Source: Lama guanicoe
Lineage: Eukaryota
NCBI GenBank assembly: GCA_013239625.1
Contig: MU053881.1
Coordinates: 15,926,373 to 15,990,372, forward strand
Length of the DNA stretch: 64,000 bases
Direction of reading: 5' to 3'
Shown here: one piece after another, positions 35,501 to 48,900 of the stretch
How positions within the stretch are numbered: the first letter of the stretch is position 1
How the letters are laid out: every line of letters begins with the position of its first letter
Program-made: the position numbers and the translations under genes
Notes under the pieces: model-generated
What the model saw: only the letters and a program-made list of their open reading frames with translations
Databases searched by the model: none
What the model was told of the DNA's origin: nothing

Positions 35501-36442
35501 GCCCCCACCTCCCCCACCAGGAAACAGCCTCTGCGCCAACCCCTGACCCCTGGGGAGAACTTTTGCCAGGCCAAGGAGGGGGAAGGGCATTCCAGACAGA
35601 GGGGTGGCTCCTGCAAAGGCAAGGGGGAGGGGCAGAAGTCAAGGAAAGGCTCTGATTAGTTTGAGGGGTACTTTGGCAGGTTTTGATTCCCTGATGGGGA
35701 GGCCGGATTAGGGGCTGAGTGAGTGGAGCCTTGAATGCCAGATACAGGTCTGGCTTTGTCCTGAGGGCACTGGGGAGCCAAAGAAGTGCAAGAGTAGGGG
35801 CAGGTTCTTTAGAAAAACCCTCCTGGGGGGCAGGGTATAGCTCCGTGGTAGAGTGCCTGCTTAGCATCCACGAGGTCCTGGGTTCAATCCCCAGAACTTC
35901 CACTATAAATAAATAAACCTAATTATCTTCCTCCCAAAACAAGCAAACAAAATAAACAAAAAGTCCAGCTCACAAATATAAATAAGGAAAAAAAAACCTG
36001 AAAAAAAAAAAAGAAAAGAAAAACCCTCCTGGGAATGAGTGAGGGGCCAGCTCTAAGTCAGTTCTTTGTAGACAAAAGAGGGAAACTGAGGCTCTGGCTG
36101 GAGGTAGGGGGGCCAGGGGCTTTGGGCAAACTCCCAGCATCCCCAGAACTTTAGGGAGCAAAAGGGAGAGTCAGACAGACTGCAGCAGAGGCCTGGAGCA
36201 CAGGAGGAGCTGGCCTCTCTGAACCTCGTCTTTTCATCTGTATAGTGGAGAAGCACACATCACAGTCACCGTCCCACAGACTCCTCCCACAGAGGTTCAA
36301 CAAGTAGCAGTCTAAGGGGAGGCTGAAACCTGAAGAGGCCTTAAGGTCTTGGGAGCAAGAAGGGGTCTAGGGTGGGGAGTTTGTCCTTACATTTGTCTGA
36401 CCGACTGTTGTATTCCCACCTCCTTCCTGCCCCAGTGGCTGA
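23553..36442 (+). CDS. PLVAP: Plasmalemma vesicle-associated protein (PV-1), 441 aa
   Basis: Exons 23553-23921, 28571-28667, 28768-29480, 31330-31387, 31522-31603, 36436-36442 (1326 nt, all GT-AG). N-terminus MGLAMEHGGPYSRAGSSSRGCWYYLRYFFLFVSLIQFLIILGLVLFMVYGN is diagnostic; a long coiled coil and Pro-rich C-terminus follow. Confidence 0.97.
24840..25045 (+). repeat. Degenerate ~29-bp minisatellite in PLVAP intron 1
   Basis: About 6 units of (T)CAGATCCTCAG-GGAAGGGCAAGTCCCCC / -AATGAGGTGAGTCCCC. Confidence 0.7.
25885..27870 (-). mobile_element. Nested antisense L1 fragments (with an inserted SINE)
   Basis: TTTTTTTAATTGAAGTGTAGTTGATTACAATG (young L1 3' end). An older L1M segment has minus-strand ORF2-like peptides, e.g. 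GLGFGNGFLDMTPKTQATKDKKTDKLDFMKIKNFCASKD (27501-27683). Confidence 0.85.
27065..27152 (-). mobile_element. tRNA-derived SINE (Vic-1-like)
   Basis: Reverse complement GGAGTGGGTACAGCTCAGTGATAGAGCACATGCTTAGCATGCATGAGGTCCTGGGTTCAATTTCCAGTACCTCC plus poly-A. Confidence 0.85.
27872..28268. mobile_element. MaLR (MLT1-like) solo LTR
   Basis: TGTATGTTTGCTAGAGCTGCC...CAAAGTACCACAGA..GGTGGCTTAAATAACAGAAATTTATT...GGATTAGGGCCCACCCTAAGGACCTC...GGGGACACAATTCAGCCCAT matches the MLT1 pattern. Confidence 0.8.
31939..32065 (+). mobile_element. tRNA-derived SINE (Vic-1-like) with TSD
   Basis: GGAGGGAGGGTATAGCTCAGTGGTAGAGTGTGTGCTTAGCATGCACGAGGTCCTGGGTTCAACCCC, flanked by AATCTTCAGAA direct repeats. Confidence 0.9.
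32460..32593 (-). mobile_element. tRNA-derived SINE (Vic-1-like)
   Basis: Reverse complement GGGGGAGGGTATAGCTCAGTTTAGAGTGTGTGCTTAGCATGCACGAGGTCCTGGGTTCGATCCCCAG plus tail. Confidence 0.9.
33980..34085 (-). mobile_element. tRNA-derived SINE (Vic-1-like) with TSD
   Basis: Antisense SINE flanked by CAAGGTGTTGCTTT / CAAGGTCTTGCTTT. Confidence 0.85.
34093..34632. repeat. Near-perfect 265-bp tandem duplication
   Basis: Copies 34093-34357 and 34369-34632 appear identical except for A13 vs A12, separated by the 11-bp spacer ACTCCCCTCGC. Confidence 0.95.
35825..36016 (+). mobile_element. tRNA-derived SINE (Vic-1-like) with TSD
   Basis: GGGGGGCAGGGTATAGCTCCGTGGTAGAGTGCCTGCTTAGCATCCACGAGGTCCTGGGTTCAATCCCC; TSD AGAAAAACCCTCCT at 35811-35824 and 36017-36030. 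Confidence 0.9.
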
Positions 36443-37011
36443 GGAGGCTCCAGGCCCTGAGGACAGAGGGGTGGCCCTGACTCATCTGTCTGGAGACAAG
36501 GTGCAGCGAGATGCCCACAGCACAGGACCAAGTCATATGATCTTCAGTCTACACACCAAAGTGGGCACCCTTGACCTGCGCCCTCTGCTCATCCTCCCCC
36601 ACCCCACACCCACACCTCCCAATACTCTTTCACAGGTCCACACCTGCACCACACAACCCCTTACCCACAAGCACCATGATGACATCACACAGGCATGGTG
36701 GTGACGTCACACCGAGACAAGGCAATGACATCACACAGATGCATGGTGAAATCACACACACACACACTTTCTGCCTAACCCTCGGCCAAAGTCATGCCCC
36801 TCTATGCTCATGGACCAAGGCGCTCCCAGCAAGATGGTTACCTTCATCCTCCCCTGACAGTTTCCAGGCCCTCCTCAAGAGGGAGCATCTGGTCAAGGGG
36901 TGAGTATGGCCCATTGGCCCCCTCCGCGCCCCAGGAGGGCAGCTGCCTTTTCACTCCCTCCCCCTCCACACTCCGCCTAGTCTGTGGCCTGTATAATTGT
37001 TAATGGCACAA

Positions 37012-37017
37012 AATAAA
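37012..37017 (+). terminator. PLVAP polyadenylation signal
   Basis: First AATAAA seen after the PLVAP stop, ~570 nt downstream. Confidence 0.75.
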
Positions 37018-40000
37018 TGTTATCAAATCCCTTCAAAGACTCCGAGTCATGATTTCTGCTTTGAAAAGTTACCACCTGGCTATGAATGAGAAAAGAACTA
37101 GAAATAAAAGGAAAGCTAGAGAACACCTTCCCCAACATCCCCAGGTCAGAAGACCCTTAAACCTGGAACAAACGTGGGCAGACACACCCCAACGCATAGG
37201 CATCTCCGTATGTGAAGAGAAATGGCAAAATCATAGTCAATAAGGGTTTCATGAAATGGCTAGAAACCCCCACAGTGGGACAATATTACTGTCAGTTTAA
37301 TGTTTCTTTAAAATAGCAGATATTTTAAAAGCAATTTCTTAAAACAAATAAATACACACATACAAATTAAATAATACAAATACACACAAATACAATAAAA
37401 ACAAATAAATATTTATGTATTATTCATAAATACAAACATACAAATAAAATAAATAAAACATAAATAAGCTCACACGTACAAATAAAAAACAGTTTCTTAA
37501 AAAGCAACTATGTTTGCAAAGATCCCCCCCAAGTACAGACAGCATTTGCTAAGGTACCAAAGCTTGTTGTGAACTGCAGGAACTCCTCCTCGCCAAGATG
37601 ACTCCAGAACAGAATCACGAAAGTCTCAGCCATTTGTTTTGTTTTGGGTTTTTTTTGTGGTGAGACAGGATGTTAGAAAAGGCACCAGTGTCCAGTTTGG
37701 GAGCAATTCAACTCACCAATCATTAAAGTAGCAGGAAGCCAGGGGAGTTTTGCACATTAGAGGAATACAGGGAAATCACATGGCACCCAATGGACTGGAA
37801 AAAAATGCTTAAAAGCTATAATACCTACTGCTGGTAAAGATGAAGAGAAAAGGGCATTTTTCTGCAGGACTGGTAGAAATGCACATCTCATCATGGCCCT
37901 TCTGGACATATTCAGTAAAAGTAAAGACAGACATATTTTTGACTCAGCAACCCCATTCCTGGGACTTTATCCCTGAGAAGTGAAAACTCTAGGAAACAAA
38001 GCAAATGCCCACCTGTAGAAAGAAGTCCTAAAACGTGTGGTCTACAATCTCAGCTTATCTGTCCTCGCTGCCTTGATTCCCTCCCAGCCTATCCCCTGGG
38101 ACCTTGGACAGGGAGGGGATGAGTCATGAGGAGCCGGGGCTGGCAACGCCACGCTTAGGGCAGGCTAGTCAAGAGGGACAATGGAGCGATATTTCCTGGA
38201 TACGGAAACCCCGGGCGAGAGACAGGCCGCTGCAGGAAACACTCGGCTGGGGCCCCGCCAAGCCGGGGCAGAAGGGTCAGCCAGGCCGGGCTGCCTAGAC
38301 AGGCCAGTCTGGAGGCCCCAGGGACACAGGGACGTCCCTGACCCTGAGCCTACTGCCTGAGCAGCCTGGAGTCCTGGAGAGGATGCAGATACCTCCCAGT
38401 CCCAGGAGCCACAGGACACCTGAATTTGGGTTCCAGAGCCTGACATTCTTGGTTTCGAATTCTGGCTCAGTCAACATTTTCTCACCTACAAGTTAGTGTA
38501 ATAATAATCATTCTAAACTGTCTGGACCCATGGACACAGGCCTCTGAACTTTGTTTGGTGTCTCCCATTCAGAGCATTCCCTGCCTGGCGTCATCTCAGT
38601 CCTCCAACACCTGGACCTCAGCCTCTGCCTCCAATATGGCCCCCAGATATAGAGGATCTTCTCATCATGGGATCTGACTGTGTATCTCTCCTGCTCATAC
38701 ACCTTCCATGGGAACAAGGCCCAGTTCCTGGGCTCTCTTGTGCCCTGCCTCCCCACGAACAAGGCAGTCTTTGCCTCCAACTGTCCTGGACATTTGATTC
38801 TTTGACTCACTGGCTCTTAACTTGTGCTGTGCCCTCAGACTAGAATGCCTTTTTCTTGCCTGCAGATTCTTCTTCCCCCAAGGCCCAGCCTTACAGATCC
38901 CTCCTCCAGGCAGCCCTCCTGGATGCCCCACTTATAGCTCATGATCCCTCTAGGTACGTCTTTGGCCCCATCCCGCCCTCTTTCTAGCCCTGATCTTGTA
39001 GCTCTGGCTTCCCCAGGCTGGTGGCCCCCTGGGGGCCAGGTGGGACTGAGTACCAGTCAAGGAGCAGTTGGCAGGCTCCCTCCCTGACCCTGTGATCCAG
39101 TTGCTGAGTGAGGTTCTATCTCTGGGGATTTCCTGTGACCTCTATAAATAATCCCCATGGCTGCTTCCTATAAGCCACCTCTCCTTTCTTGGGAAAAAGG
39201 GAATGTAGCCAAGGACCTCGGTCCAGCCATGTGCCAGGGACTAGGGTAGGCAGGCAGAGCCCAAGCATCCTTCCCCAAGAGTGTCTCCCTCCCCATGTAG
39301 GCCCCACTCACCCCTCCTGGGAGCCCTCCAGACCTTCCCCACTCAGAGGACATCTGGCTACCCACCCCGTCTAGCCCATTATTGCTGCTGCTTCTTTTTG
39401 TCTTTCTGCAAAATGGACATAATAGTAATAGCCATGGACTAAACTCACGGAGTGACCCTTTCCCTCCAGGAGCCCGGCCCCCCCATTCAAGGGGAACCCC
39501 CAGATGTTGAAGAAGGAAATAAATCAACAATTAGTGACATATTGCAATGAAGTCGTGAAGAAACGGGGTCAGAGGTTCCCTTTAATTGGGTGGTGGGAGC
39601 CTTCTGAAGCCCTGCTTCTCTGTGGGCCTTGGACGCCTCCCAGCCTCTGCTCATGTGTCCCCTGGAACTGGAGAGTTTGTATCTTCAACTACTGGAGCTG
39701 GAGATTTTTTTCTGATTCTGGAAAAGAGCCTGACCCCACAAGAGACTCAGTTTCTGCCTCTGGCAAGGGGACTTCACCATCTATATGCTGCCAGGTGGGT
39801 GTGGAAGCTGGGATCCCTGGGACTTTACAGGGCCGGAGCTTGGCTGGAGGGACTGTAAGGCACCTTCTTTGTTAGAGTAAAGCGCCCTCTGCTGGTTCAT
39901 CATAACCACAGCAGGTCTGCAGTAAGCCAAAATCAAAGGCCTCAGAATCAGGCCCTTCCTCTCCTCCTGGACCTCATTTTCCTCCTTTCCAGCCCTCACT

Positions 40001-41128
40001 CACTGTACTCCAGCCACACTGGCCACCTCGCTCGCTGTTCCTTGAACGTATCATGAGGCTTCCACCTCAGAGCCTTTGCATGTACTGTGCCCTCTGCCTG
40101 GGATGCTCTCGACAGCCTCTTCCACCTGGTTTCCTTCTCACCATTCAGATCTCTACCCAAACGTCACCTCTGCAGGGAAGCCTGCCTTCAAGTCCCTGAC
40201 CAGGTCAGGTCTCATCGAAAGTTTGTCCAGCAAACTCACTGTAAGGGATGCCTGCTTGTTCTCCTCTTGTGTTCCCAGCACCCTCCACTTGGCTTTTGCA
40301 TAGAAAGCCCACAGTCAAACAGACCTGTGTGCAAATCCCAAAGCTGGGGACCTCCAGTAACTAACTACTTCTCTGAGCCCTGGTTTCTTCATCTGTAAAA
40401 CTGTAACAAAATACCCACAGCATTGTGCTGTGATGAAGGTCCAATCAAATGATGTGCATGATTCTAGTATCTGGTAGGTGCTTGATCAATGTTCACTGAG
40501 TGAGTGAATGAATCAATGAATGAATGACTAAACTTAGAGAGGAAGGAGGGCTTGGGGTTTTGCAAATCACTTTTAAGACACAAGAGGCAAAGTTTCAAGA
40601 TGAATCCGAAAAAGGAGCAACAGCTTCCGGAGCAATAAACACCAATTTGTGTACAAAATACAAGAAAAACATATTTTAGAGGTGCATCCTCAAGTGTGCA
40701 AACATGCAGAGAAAATTCTGGAAGGATACCAGTTAAGCCGTGACCCCAGGGAATGGGGCTGTTTAAATGTTTCTGTATCATCTGAGTTTTTTATATTTCT
40801 TTGGTATTTGCAAAATAAATGAAAAACTATGAAACAAAGACCCCTGAGATCCTCCGACTTCCGTCCCAATCCTCCACTCCTACTCCCCCAGCACCAGGTG
40901 CCCAAAGGGACCTCCATTCAGCCCCACTCCAGGGCCTGAGCCCCCAGAAGTCCCTGCTAGGGAATCCAGTTGGCTGCAGCTTGGTCACCACCAGCATCAG
41001 AGGTACCACTGCTTTGGGTTCAAGTTCTTCCTTGAAGGGATAAGACTCTTACTTGGCCTAAGCTGTTCCCAGATGCCGCAAGGCTTCCTGATGTCCACTC
41101 TGCCTGCGTCCGAGCTTTGGCTGCCCCT

Positions 41129-43990
<2,862 letters not shown>

Positions 43991-45149
43991 GGATTTACAA
44001 GCAGCGACCCGCCTGCCTGCCCTGTTTGGAGAGTCGGCCAGTCTGGGCAAAAGGCCCCGCCCACTCCGCGGCGTGATTCTTACCGTGCTCAACAACTCTC
44101 GATTACTATTGGGCCCCTTAGAAGATGGTACTGCCTACCCCCTGAAGCTCTCCTCTTCTATTGGCTGAGGCCAGGGAAAGAGGCAAAGGGGCTGCTCGCC
44201 AGGGTGCAGCGAAATAATGTTCCTCCGGCAACATTAGACAGGATTTTCAGATCCTAGAGAGGCGGGGATCCTAGTCGTTGGAAATGAAGGGTAGAAGGAA
44301 GGGCTGGGCTTGGCACAGGGCCGTGGGAATTACAGAGGGGCGAGGGCTTGAGTCCCGTATTTTTCATCTGGCCATTACATAGCCTTAGGGGAAGCAAGAG
44401 CATCTCAGTAGCTGGGAGGGATGAGTTCCGGGGAACCCATGCACTGGCCCTGAGAAAATCTTGTCCAAACATCTGGGAAGACTCCTACTTGTTTTCCTGG
44501 AACGCTACAATTTCTCGCCCCTCCCCAGCTTTCCCTTCCGCCGTTCCCTCGGCCTCGGATACCCTTCCTCATCTGACAAACTCATCCTCAGTGCCTAGCT
44601 CCAAGGTCCCCTTCGCAAGGAAGACTTCCTGGAACACGCAGAACAGTCCTCTCTCCCTTCTGGACTACTCTGGCCCACGTCTGCTCCTGCAGAGTTGAGT
44701 GTCCAGGCTGTCTCTGGCTCCCCGAAAGCTGGAAAGGGGAATCTCAGAGATTACTTTCAGGTTAACCCAGGACAGCGCTGGCTCGCAGAATAAAGCGCTG
44801 ATGGTGGAATTCCAGGCGCTGGATGGGCGGGATCTCCGGGGGCGCTTTCGCACGGAAAATTCTCTGGTTCTTGGACAGAGCGGGCGGGCGGCGCGCCTAT
44901 ACTTTGGGAAGAATCGAACATTCTTTTTTAATCCACCCTGCGCCTCACCCTCCTCGATTTTGTGTTTTGTTTTGTTTGTTCTTCATTTGTAAAAGAGGGA
45001 TGAAAGATGACATCCGCATTCTCCAAGTTGTTCCATCTGTTAAAATCATACATCAAGCGCCTACTGTGAGAGCACCGAGAATCAGTCTGGGTCCCTACCC
45101 TTGCTGGGCCCTCAGTCTAACAGAGAAACTTACTCAGGATGGTCAGGGA

Positions 45150-45330
45150 GTCCGGGTGACAGGCAAAATACAGGACGCCAATTTAAATGTGAATTTCAGA
45201 TAAACAATGAGCAACGTTTTAGTATAGCTTTTCCCGTGTAATATTTGAGACATACTAAAAATATATTCGTTTATCTAAAATTCACACTCAACTAGGAGGG
45301 CTGTATTTTTATTTGCTAAACTTGGTAGTT
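45150..45330. mobile_element. MER53-like palindromic MITE
   Basis: AAAATACAGGACGCCAATTTAAATGTGAATTTCAGATAAACAATGA...TTCGTTTATCTAAAATTCACACTCAACT..CTGTATTTTTATTTGCTAAA shows an inverted-repeat structure. A partial related copy lies at ~24055-24160. Confidence 0.7.
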
Positions 45331-45955
45331 CTATCGGGTCCTCTCTGAGGGCGTTACATCCTGAAGGATGCAGGGGTTAACTAGACACAGACGGTGTAAA
45401 AACTGTCCTAGGCAGCTGAGCAGCATGTGCTAAGGCCCTAAGGCAGGACCTGATATAGTTATTCTCATGCCTGCTGTGGTGGTTGAAGTTATTGTTACCA
45501 GGAATCTCCTGCGCCCAGGCCTTCCCGGTCCCACGCCCATCTCAGATTCCAAACAGTTGGGGAAACCGTCTCCAAGGCGGAGAATCCAGGCCCAGGGCGG
45601 GCGGGGACGAGACCAGAATACAGAAAGGGCGGGGACCAGGAGGAGAATGCACGTTCGGTGCGGGCGGGGACGAACACCAGATTGCGAAGTGGGCGGGCGA
45701 GAACGAAACCCAGAAAACAACACGGGCGGAGTCGAGAACCAGAGAACGACGTGCGCGGGGCCGAGAAGGAGAATCGAGGTTCGGCGCGGGCGGGGACGAG
45801 AAGCAGCGCTCGGGCACGCGAGGACGGCGGCTGGCGCGGGCGGGCGCGGCCTTTGTCTCCTCCTCTGGCGCGCTCCGCCGCTGCACCGGCCCCATGAGCC
45901 CGCGGCCCCCCGGAGCCTGGGCCGCCCGCAGCCCCTGACCTGACCTGCCCTCGCC

Positions 45956-48900
45956 ATGACCGAAGCCGCCTCCGGCGCCGGGGGCACGTCCCTGGAGGGT
46001 GAGCGTGGCAAGAGGCCCCCGCCGGAGGGCGAGCCTGCAGCCCCGGCGTCTGGAGTTCTGGGTATGTGTGCGGCACCTGAATCTGACAGGGTTGCAGGTG
46101 CATGGGGTGTTCGCGGCGGCTGTACAGGGAAGGGGATCGAAGTCAGCAGTCCCGGGCCTGGAGTCCAGTGGAAGGGCCCGCTCCTTGGCACTGCGGCTGC
46201 AGCCGGGCGGGCGCGGCTGGGACGGTGCAGCGGGTGGTGGGTCCCAGCGCAGAGACCCGGACACGCCCCTCCTAGAGCCCCGGCCAGGGACTGAACCCAG
46301 TCACCCCTTGGGCTAACGGATTGCGGCCGGGCAGTGATGCACTTGAGAGAGCCTCTCCGCAGAGGATAAAGAATCATACAGTACTGGGTTCGAATCCTGC
46401 TCAACTATGTGACCTTGGGCGCATGACTTAAATGCTCTGGGCCTCAGTTGCCTCACCTGTGAAATGGGGGTAAGAACCGCACCCAGTTATGAGGACGCGC
46501 TGACATAATGTGGTGAGGCGCACAGAGCTGCTAGTGAGCGCCCCATCGATTGTGGTTTTGGAGGCGGAGCTGGGCCTCAAGAATGAGTAAGATTTGTAAG
46601 GGAGGACCTGGGGGAAGGGCATTCCTAGAGAAGGGCCTGGCTGGTGCAAGGATGTGAAGGGAAGGAAGCAAGCCAAACCCAGAGCTCACAGGGACTTAAA
46701 TGCCAGAGTGAGTGCCGAGGAGCCCTGGCGAGTGTGAGATCAGGTGTGAGGGCTGGAGGGACCAAAACTGAAGACCAGGGTCCTGATCCGGGAATGGCCT
46801 GACCCCAGCCTGCCCTGCCTGCTTCCCAGATAAGCTTTTTGGGAAGCGGCTCCTGCAGGTGGGTCGATATCTGGTGTCCCACAAGGCGTGGATGAAGACG
46901 GTGCCCACAGAGAATTGCGACGTATTGATGACCTTCCCAGGTACCTGTGCCACCCGCCTAGGACCCAGACTGAGCTCCCCTAAGCAGGGCTCCCCTGAGT
47001 CTGTAGGAGGCCTGGGACCATTAATGGCAAAAGCCATCGGTCCCTGTGCCCCTTGGCAGACACTACCGATGATCACACTCTGCTATGGCTGCTGAACCAC
47101 ATCCGCGTGGGCATCCCCGAGCTCATCGTGCAAGTCCGCCACCACCGCCACACGCGTGCCTACGCCTTCTTCGTCACCGCCACGTATGAGAGGCGAGTCC
47201 CTGGCCCTGGCCTCTCGCTGACCCTGCTCCTCAGCTCCCCGCCCTTCCAAGCGCCAACTGCGAGGTCCAGCCACCCTGCATTTGTCCCAGGCGGCTACCA
47301 GGTACACCATCCCTAGTTCCAGGATGGTGAGCCAGGGTCTCCCCGTGATCCCACCTCCCCTGCCCTTCCCGCAGCCTACTCAGAGGGGCCGACGAGCTGG
47401 GTCTGCGCAAAGCAGTGAAGGCTGAGTTTGGCGGGGGCACCCGCGGATTCTCCTGCGAGGAGGACTTCATCTACGAGAATGTGGAGAGTGAGCTGCGCTT
47501 CTTCACCTCCCAGGTGCGGCCGGCTCTGGCCCCCAGCGCACATTCCTAGCCCGTGGGCAGCTGCTCCCTGTGCTCACGCCCTATCCCCTGCAGGAGCGCC
47601 AGAGCATCATCCGCTTCTGGCTGCAGAACCTTCGTGCCAAGCAGGGCGAGGCACTGCACAACGTGCGCTTTCTGGAAGACCAGCCAATCAGTGAGTGAGG
47701 CGGGGCCAACCTTCCAATCATATGTGGGGTGTCGGCTGGGATCCTAAGAGGAGGTATCAAAGTAGGAAGGGCTGGAAGGCGGGGCCTATATGCAACCAAT
47801 CAAGGGCTACTGAAGAGTTGGGGGGGGCACCTGGAGATAGATCAATGAACTGATGGGATGTGGCCTCAGCAAAGGGGTGGGGTTTGTCCCTTCAGAGGCA
47901 GGTCCCAGAGAAATTCTTTTTTGGGTCTGGGATAAGGTAGGGGCAGGACCATAGACAGCACTAGGTGTATTGTGTGGTGCTGCCCTGAGCCTCAGTTTCC
48001 CCTCCAGGAAACCAGACACTGCAAGCTCACTTTCTAAAGCCAGCTTTGCACCATTCCCCAGACATTTTGAGCAAATAGCTCTATTTAAAAACATGGTTCC
48101 CCACTAGGGCCCCACCCTTCCAGGTTTCCTGCACACTTACCCCCAGCCCCTGCACCTCTCAAATTTTCAAGGAGAACCAAATATTCCTTCCACTCAGAAC
48201 TCCCCTGGGAAGAGGCTCTACAAGTTTAAGAGCAGACAAAAAGCTGTGACTTGGGTTTCAGCCAAGGAGGGGCTGGCCAAACCCAGCACAGACAGAAGGG
48301 TGGGGTCACCCATTCTTGTCCCCCAACAGTCCCTGAACTGGCGGCCCGAGGGATCATCCAGCAGGTGTTTCCAGTCCACGAGCAGCGCATCCTGAACCGC
48401 CTCATGAAGTCATGGGTGCAGGCTGTGTGTGAAAACCAGCCTCTAGGTGTGGCCCAGGCTGGGGGATGGGTGAGGGGGTCCCAGGAGGCAGGCAGGGCTA
48501 ACTGGGACCCCTCTATCCCTGGCAGATGAGATCTGCGACTACTTTGGAGTCAAGATTGCCATGTACTTCGCCTGGCTGGGTTTCTACACATCAGCAATGG
48601 TGTACCCGGCCGTCTTTGGCTCTGTCCTGTACACGTTCACGGAGGCTGATCAGGTGCCGTGTGTGGACTGGACAGGGATTGGGGCACCCAAGAGACTCCC
48701 CTCCTTGCGCCAGACATTTCAGCCCTCTTCTGCTACCCTCAGACAAGCCGGGATGTATCCTGTGTGGTCTTTGCCCTCTTCAACGTGGTCTGGTCAACGC
48801 TGTTCTTGGAGGAGTGGAAACGGAGGGGGGCGGAGCTGGCCTATAAGTGGGGAACATTGGACTCACCTGGGGAAGCCGTGGAGGAGCCACGACCCCAGTT

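Noticed and set aside
45430..46404. 324-aa and other overlapping ORFs at the ANO8 5' end
   Set aside because: A CpG island with few stop codons gives ORFs in all frames; only the 45956 ATG frame matches a gene.
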